Shown one piece after another: positions 37,278 through 47,156 of a stretch of DNA of 64,000 nt (positions are counted from its first letter, which is position 1; every line of letters begins with the position of its first letter). Position numbers and translations under genes: made by a program. The notes under the pieces are model-generated. The model saw only the letters and a program-made list of their open reading frames with translations. It was not told where the DNA came from and ran no database searches. The stretch spans positions 1,440,001-1,504,000 of the forward strand of contig CBDCTJ010000007.1 of NCBI GenBank assembly GCA_965222115.1. Reading direction: 5' to 3'. Origin of the DNA: Planctomycetota bacterium. GTDB lineage: Bacteria > Planctomycetota > PLA2 > JAEUHO01.

Positions 37278-37769
37278 ATGGCGGCCAACCCTTCATCGCT
37301 GCAATCACCGGCGTCGTTGTCGGTGGGGCCATTCCTTGTCGTGACCATCGTTTTGGCCGTCGCCGGCTGCTGGTTGGGGTACCGCTTGGGGCCGCGCGTT
37401 GGCAAACGCATCGAACACATGCTGGACGCACGCCCGCCCGCGCGACCCGCTTCGGTTGATGCCCTCTTACGCGTTGCGGAGTCGCGCGCGACTACGGGGT
37501 GGGACGAGGCTCTTGCTCGGATTCCGACCAGCAACCGCGACACCGCCGATGTTCGACTTGCGCGCTACCTCCACACGCTCAAATCTTCCGCCGTTCCACC
37601 GCCTGAATCGTTGGGCACCAGACCACAGATGGCGCAAGCGATGGCCGCATGGGTTCGAGTGTCGACGGACGAGTCGCTAGCGAAAAAACGACGACACGCC
37701 TTTGCCAAACGCTTTCCAAACTCCTGGTTGACCCGCGCGTGGCAGGTCTCGGGCAAACTGGGGCCGTGA
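37278..37769 (+). CDS. Hypothetical membrane-anchored protein
   Basis: TAAGTT-N6-ATG upstream; N-terminal TM segment; ends in a TPR-like 'KRFPNSW'; coupled to recG (GTGA overlap). Confidence 0.65.
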   Translation: MAANPSSLQSPASLSVGPFLVVTIVLAVAGCWLGYRLGPRVGKRIEHMLDARPPARPASVDALLRVAESRATTGWDEALARIPTSNRDTADVRLARYLHTLKSSAVPPPESLGTRPQMAQAMAAWVRVSTDESLAKKRRHAFAKRFPNSWLTRAWQVSGKLGP

Positions 37770-39772
37770 CCCTTGCCGACGCCGCCCTCAAAGTTGCTGA
37801 TCCCGTTAGTCGCATTCTCGGTGTGACACGTCCACGGGCCGAGGCGTTGGCGCGTATGAACATTCATACCGTCTCGGATCTCCTACGCCTTGCGCCGCGG
37901 CGGTACGAAGATCGACGTGTTGCAACGGCCACGTCCGATCTCGTCGCTGGAGTCCCCGCGCTCGTTGTAGGAACCATAGATGCATCCCGTGTCGTTCGCG
38001 CGCGAGGGGGCCTACGCATTTTGGAAGCCCGCGTTCGCGATGAAACCGGGTCGGTGATGGCGAACTGGTTTCAGCGAGGCTACACCCCCAAAGCGCTTCG
38101 CATCGGCGCGCGCATGGCGCTCTTCGGTTCCGCGAAGTCCAAGGGTCACGAAATGGCTTTCGCGAGCCCGGAACGCGAAATGCTCGACGGCTGGACCGAC
38201 GCACTCGATCAACATCCCGGACTCTTTCGCCTTGTACCGGTGCACCCCGCAACACGCGGCATTACGCCGCGCACCTTGCGCATGTTTGTGTGGCGCGCAC
38301 TCGAAGCGATCGATACCGTGCCCGATCGCATTCCGGTGGCAACGCGTGAACGGGCGTCGTTACCGCGCGTCGGTGAGGCACTGCGGGACGTGCATTTTCC
38401 CGATTCGGAAGACGCCGCCGAGGCAGCGCGCGGGCGATTGGCGCTCGATGAACTTTACGCCCATGAATGTCGCCTTCGTGAAATCCGGGCACGACGCGCC
38501 ATGCGCCGAGGCATCGCCGTTCGTATGCCCGACGAAGTCCATGAACGCATCCGGGCTCGATTGCCGTTTTCGCTCACCCCCGGCCAGCAGGAAGCGGTGG
38601 ACGAGATTGCACGCGACTTGGCGAGCGCGTCCCCCATGCGACGCTTGCTACAAGGCGACGTGGGCAGCGGAAAGACGGCCGTCGCGGCCTATGCCATGTT
38701 GGGCGTTGTCGCCGCAGGATGGCAAGTCGTGTGCATGGCCCCAACCGAGATCCTGGCGCGCCAACACGTTGCAACCTTTCGGGAACTCTTGAAGGGAAGT
38801 CGCGTTCGCATCGGCTATGTCGGACGAGGAATTCGAACGACCACGCGTAGGCGTCTGGAAGAGGAGGTTCGTGCGGGCGTGTTGCAGTTGTTGATTGGCA
38901 CCCATGCCGTCATGAACGACGCGTTGCGTTTCAAGCGACTCGGTCTTGTCGTGGTGGATGAGCAACACAAGTTTGGCGTCCACCAACGTCACAAGCTTTC
39001 ACTCAAAGGATCGCCCAGTGATCCTCCGCCGCACATGTTGGTGATGAGTGCCACACCCATTCCCCGCACCCTTGCTATGACGACCTACGGCGATCTCGAC
39101 GTGAGTGTGATTCGCGGACGCATTCCCGGTCGCCAATCGGTTGAAACCACGGTTGTGACCGAGGCGAATCGCGATCAGGCATTTCGTTGGGTTCGCGCAG
39201 CCCTTGCCAAGAACGAGCAACTCTACGTCGTGTATCCGTTGGTCGAAGAAAGCAAGTCCATGCCGTTGCGCGACGCGCAAGCCGCACACGCGCGTTGGAC
39301 AAAGGCGTTTCCTTTGGCTTCGGTCGGGTTGCTTCACGGAAGACTCAAGAAGGACGAGAAGGCCGACGTGATCGCCCGCTTTCGCGAGGGGACCATTCAA
39401 GTATTGGTGTCAACGGTCGTAGTGGAAGTGGGCGTGGATGTACCCGAAGCCACCATGATGCTGGTGGAACACGCAGAGCGCTTTGGGCTATCGCAATTGC
39501 ACCAGTTGCGAGGTCGCATTGGCCGCGGAAGCAAACGCGGGCGCTGCTTACTCTTCGATCGCAGCAAGCGCGGGGAAACGGCGCGACTCCAGATTCTCGC
39601 CGATACGCACGATGGCTTTGTGGTTGCCGAAGAAGATCTCAAACAACGCGGGGTGGGGGACGTGCTGGGGACGCGGCAACATGGACAACCGCTCTTCCAT
39701 GCCGCCCGCTTGCCGCGCGATCTCCACCTGCTTGAGCAGGCGCGCACGTTGGCACAAACATCCAGGTCGTGA
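37766..39772 (+). CDS. recG: ATP-dependent DNA helicase RecG
   Basis: PRRYEDR, RLLQGDVGSGKT, DEQHKFG, MSATPIPRTL, AERFGLSQLHQLRGRIGRG and DGFVVAEEDLKQRG motifs. Confidence 0.97.
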   Translation: MTLADAALKVADPVSRILGVTRPRAEALARMNIHTVSDLLRLAPRRYEDRRVATATSDLVAGVPALVVGTIDASRVVRARGGLRILEARVRDETGSVMANWFQRGYTPKALRIGARMALFGSAKSKGHEMAFASPEREMLDGWTDALDQHPGLFRLVPVHPATRGITPRTLRMFVWRALEAIDTVPDRIPVATRERASLPRVGEALRDVHFPDSEDAAEAARGRLALDELYAHECRLREIRARRAMRRGIAVRMPDEVHERIRARLPFSLTPGQQEAVDEIARDLASASPMRRLLQGDVGSGKTAVAAYAMLGVVAAGWQVVCMAPTEILARQHVATFRELLKGSRVRIGYVGRGIRTTTRRRLEEEVRAGVLQLLIGTHAVMNDALRFKRLGLVVVDEQHKFGVHQRHKLSLKGSPSDPPPHMLVMSATPIPRTLAMTTYGDLDVSVIRGRIPGRQSVETTVVTEANRDQAFRWVRAALAKNEQLYVVYPLVEESKSMPLRDAQAAHARWTKAFPLASVGLLHGRLKKDEKADVIARFREGTIQVLVSTVVVEVGVDVPEATMMLVEHAERFGLSQLHQLRGRIGRGSKRGRCLLFDRSKRGETARLQILADTHDGFVVAEEDLKQRGVGDVLGTRQHGQPLFHAARLPRDLHLLEQARTLAQTSRS

Positions 39773-39918
39773 GCGACTCGCGGATGCGAAAAGAGGGCGA
39801 ACGAAGTGCCTCTTGATCTCCGCACCGCGCTGAAATGACCGCGGGATGACCTGCCCGCGTGATGCTTGCGGGGTGCGCTCGATCCGTGGCGCCCGTACTT
39901 TGGCTCGGGGGTTATCCC

Positions 39919-42900
39919 ATGGACCGCGAACATTACAGGCCGCTTGTGCAGGCACACGCGCCGCGCCGCAAGGTGGCATCCGTGCGAATCGTATTGGCAT
40001 GCCTACTCGCCGCCGGCTTGACGCTACCCACACTCGCCACGAGTGACATGGCGTGGGCAGGCGAACGCGGGAAGAAGCGCCGCGACAAGTTTGACTTCGA
40101 TGATCCGGAAGATGCCGGGTCCACGACGCCCGGCGGCACGCGTAAGCGAGACGGAGATCGGCGACGGTCCGGTCGTTCCGCCGAAGATCAGATTCTCGAA
40201 GAGTTGGGTCGTTTGAAGAGTTGGCCCAATAAGGCGGGCACGCGTGCAGCCGAGAGTCTCTATCTGCGCGGCCCCTCGGTCATTCCCCACCTCGTGCGGG
40301 TGTTGGACGACGCCGAAACTCGCCTCAAGAACTTTCCCCTTCAACCCGGTGCTGCTTGGGTGTTGGGCAAGGTGGGCGAAGAAGTACATGTACAGGTGAT
40401 TTTGCGTGCCGCCGCGCGTCGCCCCAATGCAAGCAAGGCGGAGGCGTTCTTTCGATCCGCCTATGGCCTTAGCGCCAAAGAAACCAAGCGCTGGTTGATT
40501 GGTTTTCTTGCGCTTGCCAATCGCCCCGTCTTTCGCAAGTCGGCCATTGACTTTCTCGAAAGTCGCGTGACGCCCATGGACCAGCCGCGCATTTTGGACT
40601 TGCTGGAGAGTACGCAAGCGCCGGTTCGTGCTGCGGGGCTTTCGCTTATGAAGCCCTCCGGTGTGCCCGATGCGGACGATCGATTGATTCAGGCCTTGGG
40701 CGATCTTTCCCCCGATGTGGCCTACAAGGCTGCACGTGAGTTGGCGGAGGACAAAGATCCCCGGTTGCATGTGCGTCTCAATCGATTGGCACGCGAAGGG
40801 GGGCCGCGCGAGCGCGCCTATGCGTGCATCGCGCTCGTGGAACGCGCTCGGGCCACGCAAAGCGATCCGTTTGAAGATGCGACGATTGCCACCATGAGTG
40901 GTCGGCGTGGGTTGTTGCACCCCGAAAAGCGCAATCGCGCCGCGGCGGCGATTTCATTGGCCTACGGTGCGATGGACACCACCGATCCCGCAATTGGCGC
41001 CCTGTTGGATCAGACCGTGGTCGAAGTGCTGATTGATGCGGTGAGTGGTAAACACTACCGCGACTTTTCAAGCCTGAGTCCCAACGTATTCGCGGCCCTG
41101 CGACGTCTATCGGGCGAGGACTTGCCCGAGACGGCGGTTGACTGGGCGCGTTGGTGGCGCAATTCCCGCGCCACGTTCCAAGCGCGCAAGCCCCTGCGTG
41201 AACTCGCCGCAGCCGACATGGCGCGGTCCTATGTTGAGTTTGATGTGGTGGAAGCGAGTGGCGTTCGACGTGTCGTGTCGTTTGTTCCCGAGGAAGGCGA
41301 GACGCGCAAAGACGGCTTTTTTGTACGCACAAAGGCGTTTCGTCAGTTGGTTGAGTTTCTGGAGGGCATGGGCATTTTCGAGGCGCGCCCGCCTCGCGCC
41401 ATGGCACGCGGCCAGCGCGTGACCGCCACCCTCGGTGTGCTCAATCAGCGTCGTCAGCTCACGGTGGCCAAGCGTCTCCCGAATGGACACGTCAATCCCG
41501 ACTACGAGCGATTGCGACTGCGTGTCGAGTCATTGATCGACACAAACCTTTGGCAACGCTATCGCGATGCCGAGAAGTGGGCCGACGCCAAGACGTGGTG
41601 GACGCGTAACGAGCCGTTGATCGCCAATGCGACGCCCGAAGAACGCGACTCCATGTTGCAGGCAGCCATCGTGCACGCCTACGACGACTTACCCAGCGAT
41701 GCCGACCGAGCCGACGCGTTGATGCGTCTGCGCCGGATTGAACAGCGACTCAGCGACAATGAAGCGGTCGCCCTGGCGGAACACTTGGCTGCATCGCCGG
41801 CATTTGGCGCGAGCGAAGCCGATGCGTTGCGCTGGTTGTTGGATCAGAATCATCAGCGCGCACGACTGGCGCTTATGACCGGGCTTGCCAAGCGGCCTGA
41901 GCCCATGGCTCGCGCAATTTTGTCGGAGCTGTTTACCGACGCGGGACTCGATGGCGTACGAGAGGGTTTTCGCGATACGCGACCAGAGATTCGTGAAGCG
42001 GCGGCGGAGAGTGCGCGGCTAATCATTGAGCGCGGACGCGCCCGCAATTGGACAGCCGACGAGCAGGAAGCGGTTGAGCTCAAACTGCGTCCCGGTCTCG
42101 AGGTGCTGGCGGGCGACAAGGAGCCGCGCGTGGCCGTGAAGGCCCTCATGGCGCTTGCCTTCTTGGGCGACGCCGACACCGTGGATCGACTAAAGAAGCT
42201 CTACAACGCGGGATCGACCGGTACGCGCCTCGACGTGGTGCGCGCCTTTGGTTATCTCCCCGGCAGCGTGGCCCATCCCTTCCTCACCAAGGTACTCGCC
42301 GATTCCCGAGGCGAACGCGACGGCACCATGCGCGCAGCGTCGCTCGAAGCCATGGCCCGCACCAATCACCCCAACTCCGCACGCATGTTGATGTTTTACT
42401 TGCTCAACGACCGAGATCGATTCGTACAAGACACGGCGGCCAAGATGCTCGCCAAGGATCGCTCGTCGGAAGCACGCGTCAAAGTGATCGAACAACTTGC
42501 ACGCGCGCCGCGTGATCCGGTGCGCCGCGCCCGACTGGTTCGTGTGCTGGGCCAATTTGAGGGCGACGGCGTTTCCACCCATCTCATGCGATTCTTGGGC
42601 GATCCGGATCGCTTCGTGAAGGCCGAAGCCGCCGTCGGCGCGGCGCGCCACAACCTTGCCGAGGCCGTGCCGTATTTGATTGAAGCCCTGCGTGCCACCG
42701 ACGGTCGCGTGCGCGATGAAGCTGTGCAAGCACTTCGCATCGTTACCAGCAAGACGTTTGATACCCGTGGGTATAGCGCGTTGGCAGAGCGCTACGATGC
42801 GTGGCGTAAAGATCATCGCGAGGGGACGCATGAATCATGGTTTGCCGAAGCGTTGGCCGCGCGCGGCTACGATGCCGCTCGACTCAAACGCTATGCGCGC

Positions 42901-43122
42901 GGGGATCGCGATCCCGAGGCTGTGCCGGTGTTTCTGCGTGCGCTTCGCGACGACGACATGATCCTGCGACGCAATGCGGATCGCGCACTGGAACGCACGC
43001 GAGGGACGCGAGGCGGTATTGAACGCGTGGACTTGCAAACCACGCCCTTGGAGGCCACGCAGATCGCGGAAAAGTGGGCCACGTGGTTTGATCGTGCGCG
43101 TCGCGCGCCCGCCACGCGGTAG
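39919..43122 (+). CDS. Large exported HEAT-repeat (alpha-solenoid) protein
   Basis: Signal-like VRIVLACLLAAGLTLPTLA; many HEAT/PBS repeats (LGDLSPDVAYKAA, LGDPDRFVKAEAA, LRDDDMILRRNA). Start approximate. Confidence 0.8.
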   Translation: MDREHYRPLVQAHAPRRKVASVRIVLACLLAAGLTLPTLATSDMAWAGERGKKRRDKFDFDDPEDAGSTTPGGTRKRDGDRRRSGRSAEDQILEELGRLKSWPNKAGTRAAESLYLRGPSVIPHLVRVLDDAETRLKNFPLQPGAAWVLGKVGEEVHVQVILRAAARRPNASKAEAFFRSAYGLSAKETKRWLIGFLALANRPVFRKSAIDFLESRVTPMDQPRILDLLESTQAPVRAAGLSLMKPSGVPDADDRLIQALGDLSPDVAYKAARELAEDKDPRLHVRLNRLAREGGPRERAYACIALVERARATQSDPFEDATIATMSGRRGLLHPEKRNRAAAAISLAYGAMDTTDPAIGALLDQTVVEVLIDAVSGKHYRDFSSLSPNVFAALRRLSGEDLPETAVDWARWWRNSRATFQARKPLRELAAADMARSYVEFDVVEASGVRRVVSFVPEEGETRKDGFFVRTKAFRQLVEFLEGMGIFEARPPRAMARGQRVTATLGVLNQRRQLTVAKRLPNGHVNPDYERLRLRVESLIDTNLWQRYRDAEKWADAKTWWTRNEPLIANATPEERDSMLQAAIVHAYDDLPSDADRADALMRLRRIEQRLSDNEAVALAEHLAASPAFGASEADALRWLLDQNHQRARLALMTGLAKRPEPMARAILSELFTDAGLDGVREGFRDTRPEIREAAAESARLIIERGRARNWTADEQEAVELKLRPGLEVLAGDKEPRVAVKALMALAFLGDADTVDRLKKLYNAGSTGTRLDVVRAFGYLPGSVAHPFLTKVLADSRGERDGTMRAASLEAMARTNHPNSARMLMFYLLNDRDRFVQDTAAKMLAKDRSSEARVKVIEQLARAPRDPVRRARLVRVLGQFEGDGVSTHLMRFLGDPDRFVKAEAAVGAARHNLAEAVPYLIEALRATDGRVRDEAVQALRIVTSKTFDTRGYSALAERYDAWRKDHREGTHESWFAEALAARGYDAARLKRYARGDRDPEAVPVFLRALRDDDMILRRNADRALERTRGTRGGIERVDLQTTPLEATQIAEKWATWFDRARRAPATR

Positions 43123-43131
43123 CGCCTTCGA

Positions 43132-43698
43132 ATGAAGACGTCCGTTCCTGCGCGCCGCTTTCTTGTGCTCGCGCTAGTGATCACGCTTGCCGCTTGCGTG
43201 GGCGCCTGGGTGGGATGGTGTAGGGCCAATCACCCCACGGAGGCACCTCCCTACGACACGCTCGTGCGCGGCATCGCACACGATGAGAAGCTCGATACGA
43301 ATCTGCTGCGCGCGCTCATGATGGTGGAGAGTTCGGGAAAGGCCGACGCGGTGAGCCGCGCCGGGGCGCGCGGATTGATGCAACTCATGCCAGGCACCGC
43401 TGCCGAGGTGGCTAAGAAGTTGAAGATGGATGATTACACGCCTGACAAAATCTTGGACCCGCGCACAAACCTTCGATTGGGTGCGCGCTATTTACGCATG
43501 ATGCTCAATTTGTTTGATGGCGACGAGCACCTGGCGCTGGCCGCCTACAACGCGGGACCCCAAAACGTGAAACGCTGGTGCAAACGGGCAGCCGATGCGC
43601 CGGGGTACGAGGTGATCGAGCGCGAGGGGTACAAGGAAACCCGGCTGCATGTGCGTCGCATCATGCGTTTACGGGATGCGTACCGAGGCCAGCCGTAA
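43132..43698 (+). CDS. Lytic transglycosylase (SLT domain), membrane anchored
   Basis: VESSG (catalytic Glu), GARGLMQLMPGTA, ALAAYNAG and YKETRLHV motifs. Confidence 0.95.
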   Translation: MKTSVPARRFLVLALVITLAACVGAWVGWCRANHPTEAPPYDTLVRGIAHDEKLDTNLLRALMMVESSGKADAVSRAGARGLMQLMPGTAAEVAKKLKMDDYTPDKILDPRTNLRLGARYLRMMLNLFDGDEHLALAAYNAGPQNVKRWCKRAADAPGYEVIEREGYKETRLHVRRIMRLRDAYRGQP

Positions 43699-43699
43699 G

Positions 43700-45613
43700 C
43701 TACATCTCTCCGTTGAGCGCCAACAAGAACTGGGCATTGGTCGTGTGTTTGGCCAGTTGCTTGCGCAGCGAAACCATGACCTGGAGCGGTTCCTGACCGG
43801 TAATCGCGCGGCGAAGTTTCACTACGCGATCCAATTCGTCGGGGTGCAGCAGCAGATCTTCGTTGCGCGTGCCCGATGCCGGAACGTCGATCGCGGGCCA
43901 CACCCGCGCATTGGACAGGTCGCGGTTGAGCACCAATTCCATATTGCCCGTACCTTTGAACTCCTCAAAGATCACTTGGTCGAGCTTGCTGCCCGTATCA
44001 ACCAACGCGGTTGCAACGATCGTGAGGCTTCCACCACCTTCGACGTTTCTCGCCGAACCGAAAAACCGCTTTGGCTTGGTCAACGCATCGGCGTCGAGGC
44101 CGCCCGTGAGAATGCGACCACTGCCCGACGTTTGATTGTTGTAGGCGCGTCCCAGACGCGTGATGGAGTCGAGCAGTAACACGACGTGGCGACCGTACTC
44201 GACCATGCGCTTGATCTTGTCGATGACGAGTTCGGCCACGCGAATGTGGTTGGTGGCCGGCTTGTCGAAGGTGGACGCGATGACTTCGCCGCGCACCGAC
44301 CGGCGCATATTGGTTACTTCCTCCGGTCGTTCATCCACAAGCAGCACGACGATGTCTACGTCAGGGCTGTTGGTGGCAATGGCATCGGCCAGTTTGGTGA
44401 GCATGACCGTTTTGCCCGTGCGCGGCGGTGCGACGATAAGGCCGCGTTGGCCGCGCCCAAGGGGGCAGAAGATGTCCATCACACGCGTCTCGATTTCCTC
44501 GGGCTCGGTTTCAAGCACAATGCGCGTGTCGGGGTAGACCACGGTGAGTGAGTGAAAGTCGGTCAGCGTCTTCGCTTTGGCCGGATCTTCGTGATTGACT
44601 TCCGTGACGGTATCGAGCGCCAGGTAGGCGAGCCCGGGTTTCTTTCGATGCGCCTGACCGCGAATCCAGTGGCCCGGCTTGATGCCCTCGTTGCGTACCA
44701 ACGCGGCACCTACATAGACATCTTCGGGATGCTGCGTGTAGTTGCGCTCGGCCTTGCGTAAGAAGCCGTACCCGTCTGGATGCAACTCCAGCAGGCCTTC
44801 GACCTCAATGGACTCCTTTCGTGTGGTTACGCGAGAGGGTGTGCGTGTGCGTGCCCGTGACCGGGAGCGACTGACGAGATCGCCCAGCAACTGCCCAATG
44901 ATCTCGCGATCGGTGGCGTCGTCACTGACCTCGAGTCCCTCGTCGTTTGCGAGAGCGAGTAGCGCATCGCGGTCCAGGGAACTCATGCTTGCGATGTGGT
45001 ACTCGCCCTGACGAACGGCCTCGAGCAAGTCGGTGGGCGTTGTTCCCGGGGGTGGACGTCGGCGAGTTGGGCGGCGAGAGGTGTAGCTGCGTCCCGTACT
45101 GCGCTGTGCAGGAGGCGCATCGCTCGGGTCGGCCAATTTGGGAATCGTGCGGCTGGGAATCGTACGCGTACGACGTGGCGGTACCGGGGTGGATGGTGCT
45201 TCGGAGACGACGCTCCGCGCGCGAGACGTGCGGCGCGGCACTCGTTTGGGCGCACCGCCTGCGGCCTCCGATGTGGATACTGCGGCGCGTCGTCGTCGCG
45301 GAACGGACGGGATGGCGGATTCGCTGCTACGCGTCTCGTTGGCATCGTCGCTCGTTGCGCGCTTGGCGCGTGAAGACGCGGATGTCTTTCGTGCAGCCTT
45401 TTTCTTTGTCTTCTTCTTGCTCTTTTTCGTACTGCTCTTCTTTGTGGCGACGCGTTTGGTCGTTCGTTTGGCGGCCTTCTTCTTCGCGGCCTTCTTGCGA
45501 ACGGCTTTTTTGGCGCTGCGTTTGGCGACCTTCTTCTTTACGCGCGAGACCTTCTTCTTGACGGTCTTGCGCGCCGCCGCTTTCTTCTTTTTCTTTTTCT
45601 TCTTTGCAGCCAT
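43700..45613 (-). CDS. rho: Transcription termination factor Rho with a ~195-aa Lys/Arg-rich N-terminal extension
   Basis: [39 protein letters not shown] and [11 protein letters not shown] motifs; start [11 protein letters not shown]. Confidence 0.97.
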   Translation of the reverse strand: MAAKKKKKKKKAAARKTVKKKVSRVKKKVAKRSAKKAVRKKAAKKKAAKRTTKRVATKKSSTKKSKKKTKKKAARKTSASSRAKRATSDDANETRSSESAIPSVPRRRRAAVSTSEAAGGAPKRVPRRTSRARSVVSEAPSTPVPPRRTRTIPSRTIPKLADPSDAPPAQRSTGRSYTSRRPTRRRPPPGTTPTDLLEAVRQGEYHIASMSSLDRDALLALANDEGLEVSDDATDREIIGQLLGDLVSRSRSRARTRTPSRVTTRKESIEVEGLLELHPDGYGFLRKAERNYTQHPEDVYVGAALVRNEGIKPGHWIRGQAHRKKPGLAYLALDTVTEVNHEDPAKAKTLTDFHSLTVVYPDTRIVLETEPEEIETRVMDIFCPLGRGQRGLIVAPPRTGKTVMLTKLADAIATNSPDVDIVVLLVDERPEEVTNMRRSVRGEVIASTFDKPATNHIRVAELVIDKIKRMVEYGRHVVLLLDSITRLGRAYNNQTSGSGRILTGGLDADALTKPKRFFGSARNVEGGGSLTIVATALVDTGSKLDQVIFEEFKGTGNMELVLNRDLSNARVWPAIDVPASGTRNEDLLLHPDELDRVVKLRRAITGQEPLQVMVSLRKQLAKHTTNAQFLLALNGEM

Positions 45614-45844
45614 TCGTTGGCTCTCACTCACTGTCAACCCGCGCGAAGGCGGGGAAACTTTGGAATTTCGGATGGATGGGCATTGACATGCGTTGACTTG
45701 GTACAAACACGTGCCCCGAGACTTGAAGTTTCCGCTTGCCGCGGATCGCGAGTTTCGTGATGCAAGGATCGGGTCCGTATGGGTGCCGTCCTACCGTCGG
45801 CGTCAGATTCTTCCCTGGCGATACCAATCCAGACGCGATCTTCC

Positions 45845-46507
45845 CTAGCCCGCAGAAGTTCCTCCCGGAGGAACCGTGGCTGGCGAAACGCCGATGGCGT
45901 CAAGCCCGGCACGGACTTGCGCATCGAGCTCTTCGCTGGACACGTTATTGTTGATCACCAGATCCGCGCGTGCCTTCTTTCGTGCCATGGGGCTTTGAAA
46001 GCGCTCACGTCGCTGAATATCTTCCATGGATATGCCACGTCCTTCCGCGCGCTTGGCGCGAACGGCTTCGGGGACGTCTATAAACCACAAGGCATCGCAG
46101 TGTCGGTCGAGTCCGACTTCAATGAGGAGGGCGACGTCGAGCACGAGTACTGGCGGGCCATCGCCACGGCGATGATCTTGGATGGCACCTTTGATTTTGG
46201 CGAAGCAATAGGGGTGAATCAGTCGCTCAAGGCGACGTAGTTTCGCGGCGTCGTTGAAGACCACGCCTGCGATTTTCTCTCGATTGGGTACACCGTCCTC
46301 GACAAACTCAGGCCCAAGGAGATCCACAAGTCGCCCATCGCGGGCACACGCATCCAGGGCATCGTGGGCAAGGTCGTCGGCGTCGATGGCGTAGCCAGGC
46401 CCCAATTCAGCTATACGTGCGGCGACGTAGGTTTTGCCAGCACAAATGCCGCCAAGTAGTCCGATGATGGGTCGTGGGGATTTCAGTGGAATCGCTCCGA
46501 TCTGCAA
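45845..46507 (-). CDS. coaE: Dephospho-CoA kinase
   Basis: IIGLLGGICAGKT, IDAD, LERLIHP, DVALLIE and ADLVINN motifs. Confidence 0.93.
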   Translation of the reverse strand: MQIGAIPLKSPRPIIGLLGGICAGKTYVAARIAELGPGYAIDADDLAHDALDACARDGRLVDLLGPEFVEDGVPNREKIAGVVFNDAAKLRRLERLIHPYCFAKIKGAIQDHRRGDGPPVLVLDVALLIEVGLDRHCDALWFIDVPEAVRAKRAEGRGISMEDIQRRERFQSPMARKKARADLVINNNVSSEELDAQVRAGLDAIGVSPATVPPGGTSAG

Positions 46508-46743
46508 ACGGGCCTCGCCACCCGCCGGGCATCTTAGTTCGTCGAACCGTCGACGAAGATGTTCCTACTTTGTTCGTTCCGCCCAGTCCATTCGAACCAC
46601 GCAGCCTAAACCGCATCGCCCGAATCACGATCGCGCGACTCGCTAACTCTAGAAGATGGGGCCCATCGATGGATGGATCGCGGCCAACCGAACCGAGAAA
46701 GCAAGCGGGCGCGTAGAGAGGACAGCAACAGCCCGCTGCGTGA

Positions 46744-46771
46744 ACCTTAGTCAGAGCGGTGGGGTCGTCAA
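46744..46771 (-). promoter_or_regulatory. Putative sigma70 promoter for coaE-rho
   Basis: Minus strand TTGACG-N16-TAAGGT. Confidence 0.5.
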
Positions 46772-46846
46772 GGCCCCGTCGGCGAGATATTCGCTAATTG
46801 TTACGGAATTGGCCTAAAGGATTGCACGCGATCCCGCCTGCGAACG

Positions 46847-46876
46847 TTGACCGCGGTGGGAGCGGACTGCTACCGT
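46847..46876 (+). promoter_or_regulatory. Putative divergent sigma70 promoter for the 47157 gene
   Basis: TTGACC-N18-TACCGT. Confidence 0.35.
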
Positions 46877-47156
46877 ACCCGCGGCAGGGAGGCCACGGGC
46901 ATCGTCCGTGGGGAGGACTTCTGCCGCCGCCATATGCGATTGGAGCATTCCAGTTGCTTATGGTGTAATCGTACGGTCACCGCATGGGCGGTGCTTGATC
47001 ATGCTTCGCCTTGCTCTGGCAAGGCACGGCAAATTGGATTTCCCGACGCGTGCCGTGTGCGGCCACGTTTCGTAGATGCGGTCCCTTGCGGGCCAATGTT
47101 TACGAATGCGACGTGCCCACCATGTTTACGCCCTTGCGGTTTCCTGGAGGTTTAGC

